Shown: positions 1 to 10,714, numbered from the stretch's first letter. The stretch: 64,000 nt of DNA from Candidatus Latescibacterota bacterium (GCA_965222605.1 OZ244960.1:2080001-2144000); one strand, 5' to 3'. Made by a program: numbers and translations. Notes: a model not told the origin generated them from the letters alone.

Positions 1-1
1 C

Positions 2-250
2 ACCAACCCCAGAAAACAACGCGCCGTCCTCTTCTACGCAGTGGGCCGCAGAGACACCAGCACCTGGACACTCACGGAAAAACGAGACATACAAGAACGC
101 GGACGCCTGCGCCCCTTCTTGACAAAAACCACAGCAAGAGTTCGCAGCCTCTTTGGCTGGCCCAACCCCGGCGACGACTTTTACACGCCAGAAACGCTCA
201 ACCTCATCAAAAACGCCTATCCAGAAATGGACCTGAATCCGTACTATTAA
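2..250 (+). CDS. Partial CDS (3' end only), probably PhyH/phytanoyl-CoA dioxygenase-like protein
   Basis: Frame is open from the window start (TNPRKQRAVLFYAVGRR...LFGWPNPGDDFYTPETL...YPEMDLNPYY); resembles C-termini of PhyH-like proteins. Confidence 0.5.
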   Translation, partial: TNPRKQRAVLFYAVGRRDTSTWTLTEKRDIQERGRLRPFLTKTTARVRSLFGWPNPGDDFYTPETLNLIKNAYPEMDLNPYY

Positions 251-262
251 GGAGCATCGCGT

Positions 263-2008
263 ATGGCACAACACCCCAACGCGATCCTGATCTTAACCGA
301 CGATCAAGGATATGGGGACTTGAGTTGCACGGGCAATCCGGTATTGAAAACGCCACATCTGGATCAATTATACGACCAGAGCGTGCGCTTGACCGATTAC
401 CATGTAGATGCCATGTGCTCGCCCACAAGAGCCGCGCTCATGACCGGGCGATATGCCGCGCGCACCGGCGTATGGAGCACCTTGCGAGGCCGGTATATCA
501 TGCGCCGGGATGAAATCACCATAGCCGACGTATTTTCAGATTCGGGATATCGAACCGGCATCTTTGGCAAATGGCATCTGGGCGACAACTACCCCTATCG
601 CCCTTTTGATCGGGGATTTCGGGAATCCCTGAGCTTTGGCGGTGGCGTAGTTGGAGAAATCCCAGACTACTGGGACAACGACAACTTTACCGCCACATAT
701 CTCCGAAATGGCGCATGCGAACAGCATTCCTGTTATTGCACAGATGTGTGGTTCAACGAAGCCATGCAATTTATGGAGACAGATCGAGAGACTCCATTTT
801 TCTGCTATATCTCCACCAACGCCCCCCATGGCCCGTTCAACGTACATGCGAAATACAGCGAGCCTTATCTGCAACAAGGGATACCGAAACAGCGCGCGCG
901 ATTTTACGGCATGATCGCAAACATCGACGAAAACATCGGGCGACTCCGCCAGTGGCTCGCGGACAATAATCTGGCAGAAAATACCATACTGATCTTCATG
1001 GGAGACAACGGCACATCCATGGGGACGGGTATAACCGCGGATGGATTTCCAACAGATGGATTTAACGCGAGAATGCGCGGCAAAAAAACCTGGGTCTATG
1101 ACGGCGGCCATCGCAACGCGTGCTTTGTACACTGGCCCGGCGGAAAATTGACAGATGGGCGCGATGTCGATCACATAGCAGCCCACATCGATATACTGCC
1201 CACATTGATTGACCTCTGCGAACTGAAACCACCAGACGTGAAATTCGACGGCATTAGCCTCACACCTCTATTGAACAACTCTCATAGCGACTGGCCCACG
1301 CGCACCCTATTCGTACACCAGCAACAAATTGATCACCCGGTCAAATACAAAGACTTTGCCGCCATGACCGACCGCTGGCGATTCGTATATACGGGAACAT
1401 GGCGCGAGCCACAAAACGAACTCTTTGATCACAAACGCGACCCTGAGCAGAGACGTGACATAGCAGAACGCCACCCCGACATCGTACAAACACTGCGCGA
1501 AGCTTATGAAAATTGGTGGACTGACATCTCCCGGCGATTTGGCGAATACAGCGAAATCGCAATCGGATCAAATCGCGAAAACCCCACAACACTCACCGCA
1601 CACAGTTGGCACGGAAAAGAAGGGATCTACAGCCAGCGGCATGTGCGCCAAAAAGAGCGAGACAACGGATTTTGGGCTATCGATATCGAACAAGAAGGCG
1701 AATACGAATTTGAACTTCGCCGCTGGCCCATTGAAATCGACACACCGATCTGCGCCGCACTACCGGGCAGAACAGGTGTACCTTATGTAGATGATCTATT
1801 ACCAGGAGAAGCACTCGCCATCAAAACGGCAAAATTACAAGTAGGCGATGTCGTCCAACAAAAAGCAGTCAGCGAAAAAGACAAATACATCACCTTTCAT
1901 CTATCACTCAAAAAAGGCTCAACCCGCGTACAGACCTATTTTGACGATGGCATTGACGCGCCACTTGGTGCCTACTATGTTTATGTAAAGAGAATCAGTC
2001 TCGCTTAG
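263..2008 (+). CDS. Arylsulfatase (S1, Cys-type)
   Basis: PNAILILTDDQG, CSPTRAALMTG formylglycine motif, GKWHLG; RBS AAGGAG upstream. Confidence 0.95.
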   Translation: MAQHPNAILILTDDQGYGDLSCTGNPVLKTPHLDQLYDQSVRLTDYHVDAMCSPTRAALMTGRYAARTGVWSTLRGRYIMRRDEITIADVFSDSGYRTGIFGKWHLGDNYPYRPFDRGFRESLSFGGGVVGEIPDYWDNDNFTATYLRNGACEQHSCYCTDVWFNEAMQFMETDRETPFFCYISTNAPHGPFNVHAKYSEPYLQQGIPKQRARFYGMIANIDENIGRLRQWLADNNLAENTILIFMGDNGTSMGTGITADGFPTDGFNARMRGKKTWVYDGGHRNACFVHWPGGKLTDGRDVDHIAAHIDILPTLIDLCELKPPDVKFDGISLTPLLNNSHSDWPTRTLFVHQQQIDHPVKYKDFAAMTDRWRFVYTGTWREPQNELFDHKRDPEQRRDIAERHPDIVQTLREAYENWWTDISRRFGEYSEIAIGSNRENPTTLTAHSWHGKEGIYSQRHVRQKERDNGFWAIDIEQEGEYEFELRRWPIEIDTPICAALPGRTGVPYVDDLLPGEALAIKTAKLQVGDVVQQKAVSEKDKYITFHLSLKKGSTRVQTYFDDGIDAPLGAYYVYVKRISLA

Positions 2009-2072
2009 CCACCTGGGACTACACAATCACATCTCGCTTTTCAAGGTTCATATATCGAGAAAGGAGATCATA

Positions 2073-2330
2073 ATGCAGACCAGACTCACATTGCAGATGG
2101 ATGATAAATTGGTTGCACTGGCCAAAGCACATGCAAAGAAACGCGGAAAGTCGGTTTCGCAACTCGTTGCAGATTATTTCAAATTTTTGGATAGATTGGA
2201 AAAGAGTAAACAGAAACCACCCGTAGAAAAAAAATATGGCCCCATTACAGAGTCTTTGAAGGGTGCGCTGAAAGGTGCAAAAGTAGATGAAGAAGACTAT
2301 TATCGATATCTTGAGGAAAGATATCGATGA
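2073..2330 (+). CDS. RHH-type antitoxin (DUF6364-like)
   Basis: TRLTLQMDDKLVALAKAHAKKRGKSVSQLV ribbon-helix-helix pattern; ATGA overlap with the PIN gene. Confidence 0.8.
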   Translation: MQTRLTLQMDDKLVALAKAHAKKRGKSVSQLVADYFKFLDRLEKSKQKPPVEKKYGPITESLKGALKGAKVDEEDYYRYLEERYR

Positions 2331-2773
2331 AGATTCTTTTTGATACAGATGTGGTTTTGGATGTTTTGCTAGATCGCCCACCTTTCGTTGAAGCCGCGTT
2401 GCTCCTGTTTAATCGCGCAGAACAAAAAGCGATTCATGGATATCTTTGTGCAACGACGATAACGAATATTTATTATATCGCAAGGCCCAGGGTTGGCAAA
2501 GCCATTGCACTGAATCGCATCCGAGAATTGCTCGATATTTTTGAGATTGCATTGGTCAACCGTTCTGTGTTGTCAATGGCTGTTGACGGCAGCTTTTCAG
2601 ATTTTGAAGATGGTGTTTTATATGAATCTGCTCGCCGTGTTGGTGCTGAGTTTATTGTCACGCGCAATGTATCTGATTTTGAAAAAGCCGAGATACCTGT
2701 TTATTCTCCAGATGATTTGAATGCATTAATAGATTTGCGCGACGCAGAAGAAGTGGATACAGGAGGAGTTTAG
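2327..2773 (+). CDS. PIN-domain (VapC-like) toxin
   Basis: ILFDTDVVLD ... DFEDG ... IVTRNVSDF PIN acidic motifs. Confidence 0.9.
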   Translation: MKILFDTDVVLDVLLDRPPFVEAALLLFNRAEQKAIHGYLCATTITNIYYIARPRVGKAIALNRIRELLDIFEIALVNRSVLSMAVDGSFSDFEDGVLYESARRVGAEFIVTRNVSDFEKAEIPVYSPDDLNALIDLRDAEEVDTGGV

Positions 2774-2775
2774 AA

Positions 2776-4041
2776 ATGGTGTCACGCATAACGGGTGTCC
2801 CTCGACCGGTTGGTATATCTGTTTACGATCCCGAGCGTAGCTGGAATGGCTATACGGTCTATGCTGGCGGTGAGTTGATCGATATGAACGGCAATCTGGT
2901 AAAGCATTTTGATTTGTCACAGTTGGGCAAAGTAATGCCTGGGGGGCATATTCTCGGTGACCGGCGTTACAACGGCCCTCGTATGGAACGGGGGCGCGAG
3001 CTTGTTCAGTTGGATTGGGATGGGAATGAAGTTTGGCACTATGATAAGACTGAGCAAATCGAGGTTGATAAGAAAAAAATCTGGTCGGCCAAGCAACACC
3101 ATGATTTTGAGCGCGAGGGCAGTCCAACCGGGTATTATGCGCCGGGTTTAGATCCCATTATAGAAGGCGGAAATACAATTGTGCTTGCAGCAAAGGAAGT
3201 TGAAAGGCCACATATCGCACCTGGGGTGCTGCATGGCGATTGTATTTTGGAAGTGAATTGGGACGGTGACATTGTGTGGGAATGGCAAAGTGTGGATCAC
3301 TTTGATGAAATGGATTTTAGCGAGGAAGCAAAAAATGCCATTTACCGGGGTGGCCGTGTCGGAGCAGATCCTTATGACTGGGTGCACTCCAACAGTGTAT
3401 CGTATTTGGGGCCAAACAAGTGGTATGATGCTGGCGATGAGCGATTTCATCCAGATAATTTTATTTGGGATGGGCGACATACCAATACAATCGCAGTGAT
3501 CAGCAAAGAGACTGGTGAAATCGTGTGGAAGGTCGGGCCGGATTATTCACTGACGTCCGAACTGCGGGCATTGGGTTGGATTATTGGGCTGCATCACGCA
3601 CATATGATTCCAAGAGGCTTGCCCGGTGAAGGAAATGTCCTGGTATTTGATAATGGCGGTGCTGCTGGATATGGTGCACCGAATCCAGGTGCTCCGAACG
3701 GGAGGATGAACGCGGTGAGAGATTATTCTCGTGTGGTAGAATTCGATCCGGTGACACTGGAGCTTGTGTGGGAGTATTCCGCGCTGAAGGCGGATGGCGA
3801 CCGAGTCCGCGCCTGCCGTTTTTATAGTCGTCCGTGGAGTTCTGCACAGCGCTTGCCCAATGGCAATACACTGATTTGTGAAGGGGCAGGAGGTCGGCTT
3901 TTTGAAGTGACTCCCGAACTTGAAATTGTGTGGGAATTTGTCAGTCCTCGCGAAACGTGTTATCGCGCTTATCGCGTGCCCTATGAGTGGATTCCGCAAC
4001 TGGACAAACCAGAGGAAATAGCTATCGATGTTAAGAAATAA
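2776..4041 (+). CDS. Aryl-sulfate sulfotransferase (ASST) family beta-propeller protein
   Basis: QHHDF, DWVHSNS, LVFDNG, SSAQRLPNGNTLICEG, YRAYR motifs. Confidence 0.85.
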   Translation: MVSRITGVPRPVGISVYDPERSWNGYTVYAGGELIDMNGNLVKHFDLSQLGKVMPGGHILGDRRYNGPRMERGRELVQLDWDGNEVWHYDKTEQIEVDKKKIWSAKQHHDFEREGSPTGYYAPGLDPIIEGGNTIVLAAKEVERPHIAPGVLHGDCILEVNWDGDIVWEWQSVDHFDEMDFSEEAKNAIYRGGRVGADPYDWVHSNSVSYLGPNKWYDAGDERFHPDNFIWDGRHTNTIAVISKETGEIVWKVGPDYSLTSELRALGWIIGLHHAHMIPRGLPGEGNVLVFDNGGAAGYGAPNPGAPNGRMNAVRDYSRVVEFDPVTLELVWEYSALKADGDRVRACRFYSRPWSSAQRLPNGNTLICEGAGGRLFEVTPELEIVWEFVSPRETCYRAYRVPYEWIPQLDKPEEIAIDVKK

Positions 4042-4055
4042 AGGAGCATAAACGA

Positions 4056-5192
4056 ATGAAAATCAGCGATCTACATGTCATGCGTATGGGTACGCCGGGG
4101 CAGGGTGGCACGAACTGGACATTTGTGAAAATCGAGACCGACGCCGGCATATACGGATTGGGCGAAGCCAGTCTGCAATATAAAGACGAAGGATTAATAG
4201 CAGAATTTGGGGCATTCAAGCGATTTCTGATCGGCAAAAACCCCTTTGAAATCGAGCGACTATGGACATCGCTATATCGACGAGTCACATGGTCTGGCGG
4301 ACCAGTAACCACAAGTGCAATCAGCGCCATTGACCTCGCGCTATGGGACATCAAAGGCAAAGCACTCGGCGTACCCGTATATGAATTGCTCGGTGGCAAA
4401 TCGCACGATAAAATACGCATGTACGCCAACGGCTGGCCCAGAAAGGGAAACACCCCCGAAGGCATTTCCGAAGGCGTAAAACAAGTCGTAGATCAGGGCT
4501 ATACAGCGTTAAAATTCTATCCCTTTGGTGGCGAACAGGTCGCAAAAATCGACCGAATAGAACACGGCGTAGCACTCGTAGAAGCCGCCCGAGAAGCCGC
4601 CGGACCTCAGGTCGAAATCGGAATTGATATACGCGCCCGGTTAAACATCTGGAGTGCGCGCCGGGTCGCACAAGCACTCGAGCCATTTAACATCGCCTGG
4701 ATGGAAGAACCCATCTTGTGGGACAACCCCGAAGCCCTCGCGCAATTTGCCCATGAAGTGCGCGTACCCATTGCAACGGGCGAACAATTGTACACGCGCT
4801 GGGGCTTTCGCTCATTATTAGAACTGAATGCCGTGGGCATCATTCAGCCGGACATCTGCCATGCGGGCGGCATCACCGAACTAAAAAAAATAGCGGCACT
4901 GGCCGAAACCTATTACGTAACCGTAGCACCGCACAACTCCAATGGACCGATATCGACCATCGCCAGCCTGCATCTGGACCTCTGCATTCACAACAGCTTG
5001 ATGCAGGAAATATTCCTATCATCCATCAACCTCTACAACGAAGTCCTCACACAGCCCATCGAAGTAATCGATGGCTATTGCGTACCACCCGAAGGACCTG
5101 GCTGGGGCGTGGATTTGAAAGCGGATATCCTCGCAAAATATCCGCCAAAACCATTTACGCCCATTGAGTCAGAACCTTATGTGGCGTTTTGA
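4056..5192 (+). CDS. Mandelate racemase/enolase superfamily dehydratase (galactonate dehydratase-like)
   Basis: AIDLALWDIKGKALGVPVYELLGG, WMEEP, IATGE, IIQPD, APHN. Confidence 0.9.
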   Translation: MKISDLHVMRMGTPGQGGTNWTFVKIETDAGIYGLGEASLQYKDEGLIAEFGAFKRFLIGKNPFEIERLWTSLYRRVTWSGGPVTTSAISAIDLALWDIKGKALGVPVYELLGGKSHDKIRMYANGWPRKGNTPEGISEGVKQVVDQGYTALKFYPFGGEQVAKIDRIEHGVALVEAAREAAGPQVEIGIDIRARLNIWSARRVAQALEPFNIAWMEEPILWDNPEALAQFAHEVRVPIATGEQLYTRWGFRSLLELNAVGIIQPDICHAGGITELKKIAALAETYYVTVAPHNSNGPISTIASLHLDLCIHNSLMQEIFLSSINLYNEVLTQPIEVIDGYCVPPEGPGWGVDLKADILAKYPPKPFTPIESEPYVAF

Positions 5193-5222
5193 TAACTATC
5201 ACCAATTTTCAAAGGAGAAACC

Positions 5223-6632
5223 ATGGCAATACAACTGCCCGAAGGACCTTTTAAACCGAATTGGGAATCGCTCTCAAATTATCGTGTTCCCGACTGGTAT
5301 CAGAACGATAAATTTGGCATCTTCATTCACTGGGGCGTGTATTCGGTTCCCGCTTATGGAAGCGAATGGTACCCGCGCAACATGTATCAACAAGGCTCCA
5401 AAGAGTTCGCGCATCACAAAGCGACCTATGGCGCACACAGCAAATTTGGATACAAAGATTTCATCCCCATGTTCAAGGCGGAAAATTACGACCCCGACCA
5501 CTGGGCTGACTTATTCCGCAAAGCCGGCGCCCGCTTTGTCGTCCCCGTAGCCGAGCATCACGATGGATTTGCCATGTACGACACCGCTCTATCGGACTGG
5601 TGCGCGAGCAAAATGGGACCAAAACGCGACCTAATTGGCGAACTCGCCGAAGCCGTACGCAAACAATGGCTGATATTCGGATTATCGACACACCGCGCAG
5701 AACACTGGTGGTTTATGGACGGCGGGATGCAATTTGATTCAGACGTGCAGGACGGACAATACGCGGGCTTATACGGTCCCGCACAACCGAGGGACAGCCA
5801 GCCCAACGAAGAATTTTTAGACGACTGGCTCGCGCGCACCTGCGAATTGGTCGATAAATATCACCCGCAAATCGTATGGTTTGACTGGTGGATTCAAGAA
5901 CCTGCTTTCGCGTCTTATGTGCAGCGTTTTGCGGCGTATTATTACAACCGCGGCGCCGAATGGGATCGCGGCGTGGCAATCAATTACAAATACAACACAT
6001 TTCCGCCCGAGGCCGCAGTTTACGACATTGAGCGCGGGCAATTAGACGACATCAATCCGCACTTCTGGCAAACCGACACCTCTGTGGCGAGAAAATCCTG
6101 GGGATACATAAAAGATGAGCGGGGATACAAAAGTGCCTCACAACTAATCGGCGACCTCGTGGATATCGTAAGCAAAAACGGCGCGCTCTTGCTCAACATA
6201 GGACCGCGCGCCGACGGAACAATCCCCGAGGAAGAAGAAGCTCTGCTGCTCGCAATAGGCAAGTGGCTCACCATAAATGGCGAAGCAATCTACGACTCGC
6301 GCCCCTGGAAAGTATTTGGCGAAGGTCCAACAGAAGTCACAACAGGTGCATTCACCGATACAAAGCGACAGATGTTTGGCGAGCGCGACATCCGCTTTAC
6401 CACGCGAGGGGATGTCCTCTACGCAACCGTATTGGCAATACCCGAAAAAGATAAAGTGATGATTAAATCGCTTGGTTCTTCCCTGCGTCTGCTGACCAAG
6501 CAAATCGACAAAGTAGAACTATTGGGCGCGGGCGCATTACAATGGTCGCAAACAATGCGCGGCTTAAAAGTCAAATTGCCCGCAGAAAAACCATGCGAAC
6601 ACGCGCTTGTAATAAAAATTACGCCAAAATAG
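5223..6632 (+). CDS. Alpha-L-fucosidase (GH29)
   Basis: KFGIFIHWGVYS, EHHDGF, VWFDWW, LLNIGPRADGTIP, NGEAIY. Confidence 0.95.
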   Translation: MAIQLPEGPFKPNWESLSNYRVPDWYQNDKFGIFIHWGVYSVPAYGSEWYPRNMYQQGSKEFAHHKATYGAHSKFGYKDFIPMFKAENYDPDHWADLFRKAGARFVVPVAEHHDGFAMYDTALSDWCASKMGPKRDLIGELAEAVRKQWLIFGLSTHRAEHWWFMDGGMQFDSDVQDGQYAGLYGPAQPRDSQPNEEFLDDWLARTCELVDKYHPQIVWFDWWIQEPAFASYVQRFAAYYYNRGAEWDRGVAINYKYNTFPPEAAVYDIERGQLDDINPHFWQTDTSVARKSWGYIKDERGYKSASQLIGDLVDIVSKNGALLLNIGPRADGTIPEEEEALLLAIGKWLTINGEAIYDSRPWKVFGEGPTEVTTGAFTDTKRQMFGERDIRFTTRGDVLYATVLAIPEKDKVMIKSLGSSLRLLTKQIDKVELLGAGALQWSQTMRGLKVKLPAEKPCEHALVIKITPK

Positions 6633-6731
6633 GCGTGCCCTGTATCCGCCTGTTAGCGAAAGAACTGGGGAATAATATTGCGTTGCTTTGTTGACGATAA
6701 TTCCACCTTTTTCTTTTCATGCCTTCGGCGA

Positions 6732-6763
6732 CTTCATTTTTTTGCGCGCCCAAAAAAATGAAG
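6732..6763. repeat. Palindromic REP/MITE-like hairpin
   Basis: CTTCATTTTTTTG-CGCGCC-CAAAAAAATGAAG 13-bp stem, followed by CAAAAAAAGGGCGCCCC. Confidence 0.55.
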
Positions 6764-7025
6764 CAAAAAAAGGGCGCCCCTGCGGGGAGCTTGCACAGCG
6801 CGAACTGCTCAGGAGCATACACGCCATGTGGTGGCCTTCAAAGTTGGATGCAAACAAGCAGGATAGTGGTTGACGGAATAGCGCGCTGTGCTGTACATAA
6901 TGGCTTTGATTGATGCCGTTATGGAAGGGTGCGTTTTGATGGCTTATCTGAAATACTGCGTAACATCAGTTAATAAGACCATACAGGCTTTTGGAACGCG
7001 AAATCAAGGAACAGGGGAGACAAGG

Positions 7026-7331
7026 ATGTCGGCCAAACATAGGACCGTAATTTTTGTTATTTTTAGCTGTATCAGCATAACCGTTATCTTTATCGCTATA
7101 TGGCATGAGATAACGTCCGGCACAGGGAAAACGTCCGGCATAGGGACGTGTGAAGATATTGCGGTGGCAAAGGGGGTCGGGAGCGCGGTGTTTGAGCGTA
7201 AGATACCAGGTGCCTCTGTTGTCAAGATAGAGCTAAGAGCAAACCCGGTGCCTAAAGAAGCAGGCCATATACGCGATATATACTTTTTTTCTGTTTACTA
7301 CTCTCAGAATGGCATAAAAAAAGGGGCATGA
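7026..7331 (+). CDS. Small hypothetical membrane-anchored protein, possibly frameshifted at its 3' end
   Basis: RBS GGGGAG before ATG; N-terminal hydrophobic helix VIFVIFSCISITVIFIAIW. Confidence 0.5.
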   Translation: MSAKHRTVIFVIFSCISITVIFIAIWHEITSGTGKTSGIGTCEDIAVAKGVGSAVFERKIPGASVVKIELRANPVPKEAGHIRDIYFFSVYYSQNGIKKGA

Positions 7332-7430
7332 TGGGTGTCGATAAAGCAACATGTCGTACCGTTGTAACTCCCGATTTTCCCTAACCTCAGTGCTTAACAG
7401 ACACTGGTATATCACTGATCCAGAAACAAC

Positions 7431-8858
7431 GGTCAAGTCCTATTTTTAGTTGAAATAATCGAGGCTGTTTAATCAGCAGCAAAAGCGTCTTGCCAGTTTG
7501 TATCGAGCTTCAAGTCGTTCTGAAGCGCGAGCCTGAGCCTGGGAAGGCAACGGAAGCCTTTGATCCTTCGCAGGCGGGGTTCAATATCCAAAAGTGCGGT
7601 GGCTAACCAGCGCGTGCGTTGATTAGAGTTTGTCCATCGCTTCACATTTCTCGTCAGTTGCGCTACCATTGAGTTGAGGGACTCAATGCAGTTGGTGGTA
7701 CGAAAGGATTGCTTCAACTGCGGCATGAGTCCCAAACGATGCAGGGTCAAGGTTTCTTCGAGTCCTTCTTCAAGGCTGTTTTGCGCCGATTCATTCATCA
7801 AAGCGAGTTCGGGTTTGAGGGCATCAAGAGCAGCTTTAGCTTCTTGATAGGTGGGCAGATCATAGGCATGTTGTAGGGCCTTTTTAATCTCATCTTGCTT
7901 GCCTTTGGGCAGATAGGCCCTCACATTTTCTCGTTTGTGCCACTCTTTACGTTGAATGACCACATAGCCTAAAAATGCCTTTGTCAGAGCGGCATATAAG
8001 CCTTTTGAGCCGTCAATAAGACACAGCAGGCCCTTGTGATAGACCAGATCACGATTTATGAGGGACTGTATAAACTGCCGACAGACGCGCTCGTTCTCGG
8101 TAGCAGCCTGGACAAAGCCGAGTGGGATTTTATCGCCTTTTATGGTCACACCAAGGGCAATGATCATCTCCTGATCTGCAAAGGTCTTCCCATCTATAAA
8201 CAGGGCGACGAGGTCATACTGTGCTAAAGACCGATTTTGAAACTGCTTCAACTTTTGTGCCGACGCCTTGATAAAGCGTCTCGACACGGTGGATGAAGAT
8301 AGTCCAAAGGCCTCCGGTACCGTCTCGGCACATTCTTGATAAGAGCGTGTGGCAATGCCTTTTATCATCCGAAGGAGCAGTCCTTCATCCATCTTTCGGG
8401 GATGCTGGAGATGATGATAGGTCTGTAGGGAGGCTTCCTCATCGGTCACCACATTACGCACCCTGGGAACAGAGATAGGCACTTTCTGATCGGCGAGATA
8501 CACCGAGCCTTGTTGACTGCCCCACCGACGATTGGAATTTTGGCCCTCTTTGCGTGTGTATCTCTGCCCGGCCAAGCGGGTCACTTCGTTCTGTAATTCT
8601 TCTGCCACGGCGTCTAATCCTAATGGAATCAAGGCTTGGATCAACGCGATGCGTGTATCCAGGGTGCTCATCTCTTCTTCAAGGGGGGGCTGTGGCGTTG
8701 CATCGTCTTTGTGGATGGCCTTGACTTTGGGGGCGTTGTGCGATACTTTTTTCATCACGGGCTCCTTTGGTTGAGGACACAGCGTTTTCACGGTTGAATC
8801 TGCTGTATCCAATTTACATCGGAGCCTCTTTTATTTCAACTAAGATAGGCACATCGTC
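7431..8858 (-). mobile_element. IS256-family insertion sequence
   Basis: Imperfect 28-bp terminal IRs sharing TTAGTTGAAATAA; 8-bp target duplication GAAACAAC at 7423-7430 and 8859-8866. Confidence 0.92.
7469..8812 (-). CDS. IS256 (Mutator-type DDE) transposase
   Basis: VPRVR, LFIDG, LIDGSKGL, RTTNCIESLN motifs; true start may be the MKKVSH ATG near 8755. Confidence 0.93.
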   Translation of the reverse strand: MDTADSTVKTLCPQPKEPVMKKVSHNAPKVKAIHKDDATPQPPLEEEMSTLDTRIALIQALIPLGLDAVAEELQNEVTRLAGQRYTRKEGQNSNRRWGSQQGSVYLADQKVPISVPRVRNVVTDEEASLQTYHHLQHPRKMDEGLLLRMIKGIATRSYQECAETVPEAFGLSSSTVSRRFIKASAQKLKQFQNRSLAQYDLVALFIDGKTFADQEMIIALGVTIKGDKIPLGFVQAATENERVCRQFIQSLINRDLVYHKGLLCLIDGSKGLYAALTKAFLGYVVIQRKEWHKRENVRAYLPKGKQDEIKKALQHAYDLPTYQEAKAALDALKPELALMNESAQNSLEEGLEETLTLHRLGLMPQLKQSFRTTNCIESLNSMVAQLTRNVKRWTNSNQRTRWLATALLDIEPRLRRIKGFRCLPRLRLALQNDLKLDTNWQDAFAAD

Positions 8859-8876
8859 GAAACAACAGGAGGAGAA

Positions 8877-9545
8877 GTGAAGATAGAAAAGATAGATTTC
8901 CGTTTGCTGGATGCCTCCATAGAACTTGATGTGTTGGAAGAACACTTACAACTTATCGAAAATCAGATGGAGCATATTGAGAGGACAGAACGGAATAAGA
9001 CTGAGACATACATTCGTAAAGAGGGTCTATGCCCAGATGATCCAGAATGGCACATTGCTTGGCAGAAGTACGACTATCGTATTGACCAACTCCCAAGATT
9101 TTTCCGAGGGACTTTTCTTGTGGTACTCTATGCCGCGTATGAATCTATTGTCACTGAAATAGCCCGTTTAATTCAAGTTAAGCAGTCCCAGAAGATCGCG
9201 ATCAACCATCTCAAAGGGGGTTTCTTAGAAAGGGCTAAGAAATACTATAAACACATCCTGAAATTTGATCTCTATTCAGAAGAAAAGGTATGGCAACAGG
9301 TCAAGATGCTGTCAACACTCAGAAATGCCTTTGCACACGCGAATGGTCGCTTGGACATGCTCAACGAAAAATCAAAAAAGGAAATGAAAAAATGGAGAAA
9401 AGAAAAACGCGGAATCTCGACGTACTACGGTTACATAATATGTGAAGCAAACATAGTCTCTGATATATTCAGTGCAGTGCGTGATTCTCTGGAAGATCTG
9501 ATTGAAAGGTATAAGCACTGGGACGATCAACATGGGCACACATAG
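8877..9545 (+). CDS. Hypothetical protein with HEPN-like Rx4H motif
   Basis: Helical 222-aa protein with LRNAFAHANG; RBS AGGAGGAG before GTG. Confidence 0.6.
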   Translation: MKIEKIDFRLLDASIELDVLEEHLQLIENQMEHIERTERNKTETYIRKEGLCPDDPEWHIAWQKYDYRIDQLPRFFRGTFLVVLYAAYESIVTEIARLIQVKQSQKIAINHLKGGFLERAKKYYKHILKFDLYSEEKVWQQVKMLSTLRNAFAHANGRLDMLNEKSKKEMKKWRKEKRGISTYYGYIICEANIVSDIFSAVRDSLEDLIERYKHWDDQHGHT

Positions 9546-9661
9546 TTCTCTGAGACGGACCGCCGCTCAGCATTAGGCGATAAAGAAGAATCAAAAAATG
9601 ACAAAAATAAAAAGCTTATCCGAGGAATCACAAAATGGTAAATATAAAGAGATGTCAGGCG

Positions 9662-10714
9662 ATGAAACGATCTACGACAAACTGGCTATGGCTGCTATGT
9701 GCTGTAGTTCTCGTATTTATTAGAACTAATCCGGCGAACGCCCAAACTACACAGGAGATCGCCAAGCAGGCTTTTGGTTCTACTGTGCTGTTGGTTATGG
9801 AAGACGCAAACGGCCAATCGCTTTCCCTTGGCAGTGGTTTTTTCGTCCGTGACGGAGAGATTGCCAGCAACCTGCATGTCGTCGAAGGGGCGGTGCGCGG
9901 ATACGCAAAGCTGGTTGGCCAGAAGACAAAGTATGACCTTGAAGGCATCACAGCAGTTGATCCCGAACGGGATCTGGTAGTGCTCAAGATTGTATCTACT
10001 GGCTCGCCGGTGCTACCCCTTGATAATAGCGACGCCGTACAGGTTGGAGAATTTGTTTACGCCGTAGGCAACCCGCAGGGATTGGAGGGCACGTTTTCGC
10101 AAGGAATCGTGAGCAGCATCCGCGAGGTTGGCACTGACAAGCTTCTCCAGATCACGGCTCCGATCTCGCCAGGTAGTAGCGGCGGCCCTGTATTAAATGC
10201 AAGAGGAAAAGTAATCGGTGTTTCAGTGGCGACCTTTAGAGGAGGGCAAAATCTGAACTTCGCAATCCCGGTGAACTATCTGAAGGTCTTGCTTGAAAAA
10301 TCTGGGCCGGCAAAACCACTGGCACAAGCGAAACCCACCAAGTCCAAACGGTCAATATTGTCAGGTCTGGGCGATAAAAATTCGGAAGGTATCATTGGAA
10401 CTCAATTTGTTTGGTGGTCCTTTGTCCAATACGAGTTGACCTTTCCATATGATGGGCGATATTCATTGTCTCTGAGAAATCAACTACGTGAATCTGTTAA
10501 AAACGTTTATATGTTGGTAGTATTCTATGATTCACAGGGCAGTCCTCTTGATGTCAATGTCGTCAGGTATTCAGGATTGATTCCAGCGGGTTTAGCCAAA
10601 CGCGTCTTTGGACAAACTGATGGTAGTGTTCAGAAAATTACGACCCCGAGAAGAAGTGCAACCCCATCTACAAAAGTAGAATTTCGTATTCTCGATTTCG
10701 AAATTGCGGATTGA
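9662..10714 (+). CDS. Secreted trypsin-like (S1C/HtrA-type) serine protease without PDZ, with a C-terminal beta domain
   Basis: Signal peptide ending ANA-Q; [25 protein letters not shown] catalytic motifs. Confidence 0.88.
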   Translation: MKRSTTNWLWLLCAVVLVFIRTNPANAQTTQEIAKQAFGSTVLLVMEDANGQSLSLGSGFFVRDGEIASNLHVVEGAVRGYAKLVGQKTKYDLEGITAVDPERDLVVLKIVSTGSPVLPLDNSDAVQVGEFVYAVGNPQGLEGTFSQGIVSSIREVGTDKLLQITAPISPGSSGGPVLNARGKVIGVSVATFRGGQNLNFAIPVNYLKVLLEKSGPAKPLAQAKPTKSKRSILSGLGDKNSEGIIGTQFVWWSFVQYELTFPYDGRYSLSLRNQLRESVKNVYMLVVFYDSQGSPLDVNVVRYSGLIPAGLAKRVFGQTDGSVQKITTPRRSATPSTKVEFRILDFEIAD

